Source of the DNA: Lama guanicoe
Lineage: Eukaryota
Reading direction: 5' to 3'
DNA length: 64,000 nucleotides
Assembly: GCA_013239625.1 (NCBI GenBank)
Contig: MU056991.1
Coordinates: 26,113,250-26,177,249, forward strand
A program made the position numbers and the translations under genes. Shown here piece by piece: positions 25,123 to 35,800 of this stretch; the first letter of the stretch is position 1, and each line of letters starts with the position of its first letter. The notes beneath the pieces were generated by a model that searched no databases, was not told the DNA's origin, and worked only from the letters and a program-made list of their open reading frames with translations.

Positions 25123-28100
25123 GTGGGCACACACCGCTCCCCCCCCCCGCAGCCCCCGCCTTCTCTGCCCGGGCGAAGTCCATCCAGCTCCTTCCCTGTC
25201 CAAGACCTGGCTGCAAGAGGGTGCATTCCTTAGCATGTCCCCTTTCTCACTCCCTTTCACTCAGAAAGAAGGAAAGATAGAGAGTGGAAAGAGAGAGGAG
25301 TGAAGAGGCGGAGGAGGGAGGGTGAGGGAGAAGGGGAAAGACCTTTCTTTAGTTTGTGGCAAAAAACACATTCATAACCATGGGCTGCAGTGACTTCCCC
25401 CAAACAGGCAGCGCCAACTCCTTGCTGCCTGTTAGTTAATGAGCCCATTAGTTTCTGGCTCTCAGTTGGAGCAAAATAGCCCCAGGGCAATTCCTGTGTG
25501 GAGGCCAAATTATAGATCCTGAAGGAGGTTTTCCTAAATACGGAAGAAAAAAGAAAAGAAAAGAAATCTTCAGAGCCCAACCCCAGCCTGTCTAGAGGGG
25601 GCAGAGGCTGTGGTCACCAGCCCAGAGTTAATCAGGGGAACAGTTGGCAAGAGTGTTGAAAAACCAAATCCCTGATCTTGGCAAAAGCAGCTTGCGGGGC
25701 GGGAGTCACTCTCCACGGCTGAGCTGGCCTGCCCGTGCCATGGGTCAGGGGACTGGTCCAGCCAACTCACCCCTGTGTGATAAACCGTCCCGACTCCCAG
25801 ACCGCCCAGAAGACTGGGAGAGCCTCCAGGTCAGGGCCTCCGAGAGGCTTAGTGGTGTCCCAGGCTGTCCCCCGCCAGCCTCCTCTCTTAATTAAAACAA
25901 AATGCAAGCAACAGGCGAGAGCATGCTTTCTTCCTTGCTTTGAGGGGCGCACCTATCACTTGTCAATCTCTCACTCACCGATCTCCCACTGGGGGCAGCC
26001 TGCTCCCACCCCAGCCACCCGTCAGGTGAGGATGGTGACAGACCCTGAGGACCACAGTCTAACTCCAAGCAGGATGGAAACTCTTCTTAGGATTCCTACC
26101 CACTGGGAAAGGAGGTTTCAGAATGCCCTGGGCTGACTTTTCAGAAACCTAAGGACTGGTTTCCTGGCTCTGACTTCCTGTGTCCTGGTCCAACCCAGGC
26201 TGGCATCTCAGCAGGCAGGAGGCTCAGGCTAGAGGAGTCCCTTCTGCTGGAAAGAACCTTAGGGACCTCATGGCGACAGCCCCACTCTGTTACTTGGGGC
26301 ACCCAGATACCAGCCAAAGGTGGGAGTCCCAGAGCATCGATATTGACTGTTTTTCCCTCTGGTCCCCAAGTATCTGATGTGGGGACCCAGCCTGCTGTTG
26401 CCCAATGGTAAAGGAACCCTGTCCTGCCAGATAAATGATGTGCTCAAGGTCACACAGCCACTGTGAATGATCTGGAACTCAGAGTCCACCTGGGAGCCAA
26501 CAGCTTTCAGGGGAGCCCTGCAGGCTGAGCAGCTCAGCCCAGCCCTCCCCTCAGCTCCCTCCTGGGTTCTCCAGCCAATTTCACAGAAAAGACTCCATGG
26601 ATGGGGACCTAAGGAGAGTGAGGACCCTGCACTTGTCCGAGGGAGTTCATGCCCCGGTCACTAGACAGAGGAAGAGGGCTGCTGGCTGGCTGCAGACCCC
26701 ACCCGGATGGGTTTGTGTCACCCGGCAGGCGCATCCCCCAGTTTTGCCAACCCCCCGCCCGGGGTCAGGGCCTCGCACTCGCCCCTGCTGTGCCCTGGCA
26801 GGGGCTCTGGTGCAGGGCCACGTTTCCCAGTGTGCTTACTTGGGCTCCTTTGATGCGTGGTCCCCAGGGCAGGCCAGGCAGGGCACTAATTGTTCTTCAT
26901 TAATAGAAGATGGCATTGGAATCTCTGCCACTCACCAAGGCCCTAATTAGAGAGAGAGAGAAAACAGCCAGTCCTTGCAGAGAGGCCCTCAGCCCAGGAA
27001 GGTCCAGAAGTGTGGGGAGACTTCTAGCCAAACGCCGCAAGCCGAGTTTTATGCTTGTTTGTTTAACCTAATTAGTTAAATTTGGTTTCACCTTGGATCT
27101 TACTTTATGTTAGAAAGATCTGAGGAGACTGAAGGACAATAAAATGTTGCTATTCCTGCTTCTCCGAGGAGAAATAGAGAGTACAAATTTATTTCTTAAA
27201 AAGAATGAAAATCTCTTTCCACTTAGATCTTTAGTTTGTAAATTACTGCTGCTACAAGGCCCTTGTTTGTCAAGGAGGGAAAAGTTGCCAAGGCCTTCCT
27301 CCCCCCAGGGAGTTCGCACGTCACCACTGCAGAGCCGGGGTCTCTTAGCTAACGGCCACCCTATCCTCTCTGGACTTTTGCCCAGAGATATGAGTAAATA
27401 GCATATATTTCTTTAACATCAGGTGAAAATAATCTAGAGAAACTGGGTTAGAGATGCCCGACCAGAAATCAACCCACCATCTAAAAAGAGTTTATGAATC
27501 AAATACCAACTTGCTATTAGAAAACTCGCCAAGGAAATGTTTCAGTGAATTAAAAACATGTTAAAGGGCAGAGAAGAAAATGGACCCACAGGTTTAGCTC
27601 CCTATTTTAACTTTCTCTGGATCTTCGATTGCTGTCTCTGCTTAAATGTAAACTAGTCTCAGAAAAGAATAATGATACGAAACAAATATAATTTACACAT
27701 GGACATGTTTTCAAAAACGTGTACACGAAATATGTTTGTGATTCAGAGTTCCGGAGATGTAAAATTTGGCAAAGATCAGTTAGCGCTTGATATGAGGCAC
27801 ATGCCTTTAAATGAGAATATTCCTAATTTAGCTTCTCTCTCTTTGTGCAGAGATTTTAGGCAGATATTTTAGAAAGAGACGTGGAAAGTTTATTTGGAAT
27901 GTGGTATTGAAGCAAAGCCCTCCAGGGTGAAAAGGTTTCGTCCAGGACAGGCAGCTCTTGTCTGGGTAATTTAGCACTGATTGAGAACCTGAATTTTTGC
28001 CGCTTCTCAAAATTTCCCTCAGGTTCTTTTCTTCGCTTCCAAACTTCAAAAGCTCCTGGTAGTTGTTAAATTAGCCTGGCACTGACCCCTAGTGGTCTCT

Positions 28101-28216
28101 CAGGGATCAGTTCTCAGAAGGTTACACAGCTTCAGAACAGAAACTCACTTCAGTGTAGGGGACCACTTCACAAGTGACCAGAGAATAAGATACTTAGATC
28201 TTCTCATTAACTTTAT

Positions 28217-28322
28217 TTATTTATTTTTGATTGAAGTGCTGTCAGTTACAATGTGTCGATTTCTTGTGTGCAGCACGGTGTCCCAGTCATGCATATTCAT
28301 ACATATATTCATTTTCATATTT
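28217..28322 (-). mobile_element. Very short 5'-truncated young L1 with 16-bp target-site duplication
   Basis: attgaagtgctgtcagttacaatgtgtc L1 3' terminus; TTCTCATTAACTTTAT at both 28201-28216 and 28323-28338. Confidence 0.85.
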
Positions 28323-29651
28323 TTCTCATTAACTTTATAATGCCAGATGTGTACTTACAGGTGTCTGTTTAAGACAGTTTATCATTTTGTCTCATAATTT
28401 TTGGGGAAAATCCTACATCTTTAAAAGTAGACTCTGGGGAACCACAGTCACTTGCAAGTTTACATAATGCATTTGTAGTTAAACATAAGTAATTTAGGAT
28501 AACACACTCAGTTACTCTGCAGACGATACAGATTGCTCTATCAAGTTGCATCATATAACTGATTGCATGGTTTATCTGTTTATCTTAATATCCGTTTAAT
28601 AAAGTGCTAACAATCTTTGTACACACTGAATTGTATTCTATGTAAAGACCAGTCCCATAAGCTGAAATTCTCTGCTGAGTTTTTCATCTATAATGAAATA
28701 TAGAAATATCTATAATGGATATAGAATGCATATTCAGAAAAGCAAATTTATCAAAACTCCCTGTAATTACTTTCCATAAACTTCATTTTAAAGACTAATG
28801 AGTATATAGTGAAGTTAGGAATCATGCTCATTTCTTAAGAAATATTAACTTGTTGTTGGGGGATGGCTAAGGGCATTTTCCAGTACCCAATTAAATCTTT
28901 TACCTCAAGTGTAACATTAAATTTAATATACGGTTCAGGAAGGGTTACATGTTACTCAGCTGTGATAGGACTGAAATCTTATTTGAAGAAGACTCCAGTG
29001 ACTCAGGTGTGCCTCTTTGACTGTTTTGGTGTGGCTCCATCTATAATCTGGTTGTGAGATGCAGCTCAGTTTACTGGAGATAAGCACAGTTTATAGCAGG
29101 CCATAAGATGCCATTTCATCCATTTGAGGCTATGAGAGTGCAATTCTGTAGAATATTTGAGCTTGACATCTCTCCACGGGGATGCAAGGGCATAAAATGT
29201 AAAGCATATTCTCTCTCCTACTTCTGGGTACCTGTCACCCTTTTTGGTGGAGTTTAAGAAGTCTTTGTTCAGCATTTGGATGCATCTCTCTCTCTTGCAT
29301 TCCATTTGAAGTTTACTTGATTTTGCATTAATAGTCGCTCATGATTTTATGGATGAACAAAGATTCAAAATCTTGACTGAATGTTTGTTGAGCTCCTGGC
29401 CCTGTTTCTGGCTTAGGGGACCCAGTGGTGAATAGGATTTAGTCTTCCCCTTAATGAACGCACCTGCTCTTTGGCCAAGTGTGCCCTCCTTGTGGAATTT
29501 ATGGAAATATAAACAAAGGAGACATTAGTTTGTGCCTAGTCTTGTTATTAGGGAGAATTTCTTGTTAAGTGGATTTTTGTGATGCAGCTGACCTCCTGTT
29601 GAGGACTATAAAACTACTGTTTTTCTGTATATATACTGATCTACTGCAAGG

Positions 29652-29787
29652 TTTTTTTTTTTTTTTTTTTGGCAGGGGAAGGTAATTAGGTTTATTTATT
29701 TATTTTTTAGAGGAGGTGCTGGGGATTGAACCCAGGACCTCCTGCATGCCAAGCACATGCTCTACCTCTTGAGCCATACCCTTCCCC
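29652..29787 (-). mobile_element. tRNA-derived SINE (camelid vic-1-like)
   Basis: Reverse strand has tRNA A/B boxes (gctcaagaggtagagc...gggttcaatcccc), taaataaacctaattacc tail and poly-A; flanking repeats ctgcaagg(g)tttt. Confidence 0.85.
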
Positions 29788-31176
29788 CTGCAAGGGTTTT
29801 TAAAAAGTAATTCTAACCAGAGCATAGCAGGCAAATATTTAATCAAGCAAAAGGGAAGAGCTAATAGTAAGAGATGGCTCACTTTCTTTGAGATCCAAGT
29901 TACCCCTCCCCCAGGGACCCATCAGGTTGATTTTAGATATTCCATTACAATGCACTAAAATGCAAGATGAGCAGTCTGAATGTACATCAGATAAACATCT
30001 GAAGTAAGATTTTACGGGACAAAATTGCCATGCCCTTTAAGTTGTGAAGTTGGCTGAATCAGTAAATATTTAGCAAAACAGTTTCATTTTGTAATCATAT
30101 TTCCTATGCAGAGCCAGTAGGTTACTGGAGGTGACCTTTCAAATGCACATCTCCACATCCTGGGGACAATGACTTCCAGGCTGGCTTCAAAGGCTGGGTT
30201 GTTTGGCCTTCAGGGCTAAGGGGGCTGCACAGTGGGGGTGGAGATGCCACCCTCCTCCTGGCCCCCCAGTCAGTGGCACAGCCCACACCCCCGCCAGAGC
30301 AGAAAGGGCCAAGATCTGAGCCTGGACGCAGTGCCTCTGAGCTGTGAGCTGCGGGGAGTACTCGGGCACTAAACGAGTGAAGACAAGTCTGGGCTCCTTC
30401 TCTTTCAGAAATAAGCATTAAAATAGCTCAAGGGAAAATGGTTTTCACCCTGCTTAGCCCTATGGGAACCAGTCATAGCTAAAAGCCCTTAAAAATAATA
30501 TTCTTATGGTTACATAAGACTCCAGCAAATTTTTTGTTTTGTAACTTTTCCTCCTCCTGCAGCCACTTTTTAACTTTTTCCTGATGGAAAAGATTCCAGG
30601 AATAGCAGAAAAGGCTAAAAACTGGAACTGACTTACACTCTTCCTTTGAGGGGCAGGAGTGTGTCTCTCTGCAACTTTCAGATTTGAGAGAAAGCTGAAA
30701 TTACTTGTTTGCATACCCCGCAAGACAAAAAAGCAATACTTTCAGAGAGGATACCTCATTTCACAAATAAGGACAAAATGTGGAGTCTCTCAAAACTGTG
30801 TATATGGAGGGGTGATGTGCTGATATCCATAAATATATTAGGAAAGTTTTTTTTTTCCTACTCTTGAGATTTCTCTCACTCTGACACTTAACAGCTTATT
30901 CATTTTTTCAAGTTTTTCTAGCAACCATTAAGCAAAAGAGAGGATTTATCTAGTATTCTTCTACTAGGTAAATTTCGGTTATGTCCACATTAACAGACTA
31001 GCTTGATGGACTTTGGCAATTAACTTCTTTCTTTTGTCCGGATCCCGCTCACAACTGGGTTGACAGCATTTCCCCTAGTTTCTGTCTTGTCAGAGCATCA
31101 TTGTGCCACCTGCCATCTTTTCAGCTAACGCAGGACTTTCCACTGAGCGCTTGTTTGTCCACTGTCACTGCAACAG

Positions 31177-31379
31177 GTTGTAACGAGAACGAGGCGGACC
31201 ACCTGGACCGGGATCAGCAGCCTTACCCGCCCTCGCAGAAGACCAAGCGCATGCGCACCTCCTTCAAGCACCACCAGCTGCGGACCATGAAATCCTACTT
31301 TGCCATCAACCACAACCCGGATGCCAAGGACCTCAAGCAGCTTGCTCAGAAAACAGGCCTGACCAAGAGAGTTCTGCAG
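31177..31379 (+). CDS. LHX9: LHX9 homeodomain exon (CNENEADHLDRDQQPYPPSQKTKRMRTSFKHHQLRTMKSYFAINHNPDAKDLKQLAQKTGLTKRVLQ)
   Basis: LHX2/9-type homeodomain helices 1-2; acceptor caacAG at 31176, donor CAG|GTAAGA at 31380; phases fit the adjacent exons. Confidence 0.97.
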
Positions 31380-32401
31380 GTAAGAAACCTCCATCGTCAG
31401 CTATGCGTTCATTCACCTCCCCTTGCTGTGAAAACAGTTCTCCCGGTTCGGAGTGCTGCAGATACTTTCCTGCACTGCTTCTGGCTGCTTTCCCTTAGTG
31501 ACCTCCCTAGAGAGCGTCCTGAGACTTTTCAGGGGCTTCCCGGAGAGTGCCCAAAGAGAGACCCAGGGTCCTTTAAAATGCAGCCACATTCTCCCGACAG
31601 ATGGGAGGCTTTGGGTCCATCAAAGCCAGCTCAGCTCCTCTCACTGCTCTGCAAACGCAGGGGGACGTTGTCTGACGAGCTGTGGCTTTGCAGACTTCCG
31701 TTCGCGTTAGGCTCAGTGCAAAGACTTGGGTGGGTGGGGAACCCGCCGGTGCTGTCTGACTTCACCAACTCTGGCAGCCTCACTGCGTATTATGAGGTTT
31801 CAAATTCAAGTCGACCCTTTCCCTCAACTCCTGAAAAGCCACAGGTAGGGTCAGGGTCTTGGCAACCAACTGGAGCCAGTATTTTTCCATTTTAACAAAC
31901 CCCATTTAACAGCTAAATGCTGGGAGTGAGATCTGCTGTCCGATGGCTTTCCTAAACTCACCGTGGTAAGAATGCCCAACTAACGAAATGGTAGTGGGTT
32001 GCTGTGGGTCACTTCCCGGTGACAAACAGCAGGCATTTTAAACTCCGCCCACCAGTCAGTCTCAGGTTGCTTGGAGTCTGTGGCCCTGGAGGTATTTCCT
32101 TTGCAAGGAGTACTTGCCACGTGTCAGACTCCAGAATAGCATGAAGTCCGTTTCAGTGATGTTCATTTCACATGAGTGATTCTTACTTTGTGAAACTTTC
32201 CAGGACCTCGCTGGTCCTCATTCTCAAAAGACAGCAGCTGAGGAATCAGGCTGTATTTTCCCCTCGTTCTCTCTGCGCCTTCGTTTTTCCATGGTATCTC
32301 CACATAGACATCCGTGGCCCCCAGTGGCACTTACTGATGTTGGGGGAGGGGAGCCCACGTGCAGGTGACAGGCTCCCTGTAGTAGTACTGAAATGACTGT
32401 T

Positions 32402-32600
32402 TTAAAAGAAAGCAAAAAAAAAAAAAAAAAAAAAAAAACACCCAAAAAAAAAAAAAAAAAAAAAAAAAAGCACCTCTCGCCCAAGCAAATAATTATATTT
32501 AAAAAGAGAAACATATATCCCAAAAAGAAAAGAAAAAAAAGAAAAGAAAGAAAGAAAGAGCGAGAAAGAGCGAGAAAGAAGTCTAAAAATAAACATCGGT
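32402..32600 (+). repeat. A-rich / purine low-complexity tract
   Basis: Two long poly-A runs and (GAAA)n-like units directly upstream of the last LHX9 exon. Confidence 0.95.
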
Positions 32601-32628
32601 AAAGAAATACATTGGGATTGGTTTGCAG

Positions 32629-32886
32629 GTTTGGTTCCAAAACGCACGAGCCAAATTCAGAAGGAACCTTTTGCGGCAGGAGAACGGGGGTGTTGATAAA
32701 GCCGATGGCCCTTCGCTGCCCGCCCCGCCCTCAGCAGACAGCGGCGNNNNNNNNNNNNNNNNNNNNNNNNNNNNNNNNNNNNNNNNNNNNNNNNNNNNNN
32801 NNNNNNNNNNNNNNNNNNNNNNNNNNNNNNNNNNNNNNNNNNNNNNNNNNNNNNNNNNNNNNNNNNNNNNNNNNNNNNNNNNNNNN
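32629..32886 (+). CDS. LHX9: LHX9 last coding exon (VWFQNARAKFRRNLLRQENGGVDKADGPSLPAPPSADSG...; end and stop in gap 32747-32942)
   Basis: Homeodomain helix 3 WFQN motif after tttgcAG at 32628; stop coordinate inferred from the recalled ortholog (85 aa). Confidence 0.88.
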
Positions 32887-35800
32887 NNNNNNNNNNNNNN
32901 NNNNNNNNNNNNNNNNNNNNNNNNNNNNNNNNNNNNNNNNNNTATTATTTACGAGACTATTTTTTTTCCCTAACCCACAAGATACTTGGGAAATAAAAAC
33001 AACAAGCTTGGTGTGTAGCGTCTGCAGCCACTTGGCGAATGAGTTTACAGTATTGTCTCCTTTACGAAGTGTTTTTTTGGGGGGGAGGTGTCTACAAAAT
33101 GTATTTGGATTTTTTTTCTTTTAAATTTAATTAGATCTTTCAGTCGGTAAGGGGAGTTTTGGAATCTAATAAGTGCCTCTTAAAATTGTATGTTACTTAT
33201 TTCCAGAATCTCAAAGGAAAAAAAAAAGAGTGGTATTACGATGGGTAAAAAAAGTCATGTTCACAGTTAAATAATTAGGTTGATAAAGAATCCAAACATT
33301 AATTAAAGTTATTTTTTCAGATCTTGCAATTGTATGTGAACTGACGGAATCTGGAAAACTTCACATTGCTTTTTTAAAATTTTAAAACTGAAAAAAATGT
33401 GTTGATCACTTCTTTTTGTTACAAATGAGGAATATGACTAAGCAAAAATATTAACTGTAGTAAATCTAAATACTAATTAGGTGGGAAATCTATTCCAGGA
33501 ATATGATTTTTTTCTCTTAGAGATGTACATCTCAGCAAAACATTTTTAATGATTTGCTTTTTAACATCTGAAAAATACTCAAAACTCCTGTGTATCCATG
33601 AAAATTCCAAATAGAATTTGAAATTCTATACCTTTAACCTTCTCAAGCTAAAAGTGATAGTTACAAAACCGTTCTTTCTAAATTGTTTTTTTTCCCCAGG
33701 GAAAATGGAAATAAGCAAAATATAATTTTTTAAGAAGTTAAAAAATCAGTATAGTTTAATTAATAGCTTTTAATTGGCTTCCGCTGTACCATGACATTGT
33801 ACCTGGCATTCCATATGAATAATATTAAAAAGAACTAGACCAACACTAACAGTGAACGTTTTATTTTGGTTTTGTTTTGCTTCCTTTTACTTTGACACAG
33901 GTTGATATATTTGTCAGGAAAAAACAAACCCTTTTCTGACATCAGAGATTTGAAGTTATTAGTTTTAAACTTAGATAAACTCAGAAGCCTCGTGGATGCG
34001 GATCTGAATATATTTCCTAGTTTACAGTAGCATTTTTTTTTCNNNNNNNNNNNNNNNNNNNNNNNNNNNNNNNNNNNNNNNNNNNNNNNNNNNNNNNNNN
34101 NNNNNNNNNNNNNNNNNNNNNNNNNNNNNNNNNNNNNNNNNNNNNNNNNNNNNNNNNNNNNNNNNNNNNNNNNNNNNNNNNNNNNNNNNNNNNNNNNNNN
34201 NNNNNNNNNNNNNNNNNNNNNNNNNNNNNNNNNNNNNNNNNNNNNNNNNNNNNNNNNNNNNNNNNNNNNNNNNNNNNNNNNNNNNNNNNNNNNNNNNNNN
34301 NNNNNNNNNNNNNNNNNNNNNNNNNNNNNNNNNNNNNNNNNNNNNNNNNNNNNNNNNNNNNNNNNNNNNNNNNNNNNNNNNNNNNNNNNNNNNNNNNNNN
34401 NNNNNNNNNNNNNNNNNNNNNNNNNNNNNNNNNNNNNNNNNNNNNNNNNNNNNNNNNNNNNNNNNNNNNNTATATTTAGCAAGTGTGGTTNNNNNNNNNN
34501 NNNNNNNNNNNNNNNNNNNNNNNNNNNNNNNNNNNNNNNNNNNNNNNNNNNNNNNNNNNNNNNNNNNNNNNNNNNNNNNNNNNNNNNNNNNNNNNNNNNN
34601 NNNNNNNNNNNNNNNNNNNNNNNNNNNNNNNNNNNNNNNNNNNNNNNNNNNNNNNNNNNNNNNNNNNNNNNNNNNNNNTTAAGTAGACTGATTATAACTC
34701 AGTTCTCCTACGTGCCTTATGATATAACTTGGAAGTAAGTTTGTGAAAAATCAGGATATATGTGTTGTTTGTTAAATTAACTGTTTTAAGCCCTTTTGAC
34801 ACCTCACTAGTTTTGTACTGGTTTACCTCTTATTTCTGAAACTCTTTTTATGGTGTACCTGTTAGAGAGGACAAACGTGTCATAGAAAGCAGCTGTGCAC
34901 TCTTTCCAATATAGTTGAGAAATTCAANNNNNNNNNNNNNNNNNNNNNNNNNNNNNNNNNNNNNNNNNNNNNNNNNNNNNNNNNNNNNNNNNNNNNNNNN
35001 NNNNNNNNNNNNNNNNNNNNNNNNNNNNNNNNNNNNNNNNNNNNNNNNNNNNNNNNNNNNNNNNNNNNNNNNNNNNNNNNNNNNNNNNNNNNNNNNNNNN
35101 NNNNNNNNNNNNNNNNNNNNNNNAGTTTTATTTACAGCTTAATTGTACTAGTGTATTTCTAATACCTATTTGCAGAAGGTACTAAAGTGGTAATGCAGAA
35201 AAGTTTTAAATATGGAAGCATACAAATAGTGTTTAGATTTCCGAACTTCTGATTCATTTTAAGTTATACACCATTGCAATGCAATGTAATTCAACTGTGA
35301 ATTACATTTAAATATATTTTCCTGCAATAAAAGTAATGCCCCACTGATTTGACTCAGTCCAATTTTTAGAATTAAAAAAAAGATAATTAGCAGATAAAGT
35401 AATTGCATGAAAAGAAATCTTAAATATGATTNNNNNNNNNNNNNNNNNNNNNNNNNNNNNNNNNNNNNNNNNNNNNNNNNNNNNNNNNNNNNNNNNNNNN
35501 NNNNNNNNNNNNNNNNNNNNNNNNNNNNNNNNNNNNNNNNNNNNNNNNNNNNNNNNNNNNNNNNNNNNNNNNNNNNNNNNNNNNNNNNNNNNNNNNNNNN
35601 NNNNNNNNNNNNNNNNNNNNNNNNNNNNNNNNNNNNNNNNNNNNNNNNNNNNNNNNNNNNNNNNNNNNNNNNNNNATGATAATCATACATTTAAAAAATC
35701 TATTGAGCCAAAAAAAAAAAAAGACAGAGAGACAGAGAGTGAAAGAGAGAGAGAGAGACAGAGACTTAAATGTCATTTACTGAATGTTAACAAAACTTCT

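Noticed and set aside
29700-29787. tRNA-like sequences here and at 50.1 and 60.6 kb
   Set aside because: They are SINE heads with AT-rich tails (and flanking direct repeats in at least two copies), not tRNA genes.
32393-32602. Lys/Arg-rich 69-aa ORF resembling a basic nuclear peptide
   Set aside because: Simply the translation of the poly-A/GAAA tract.
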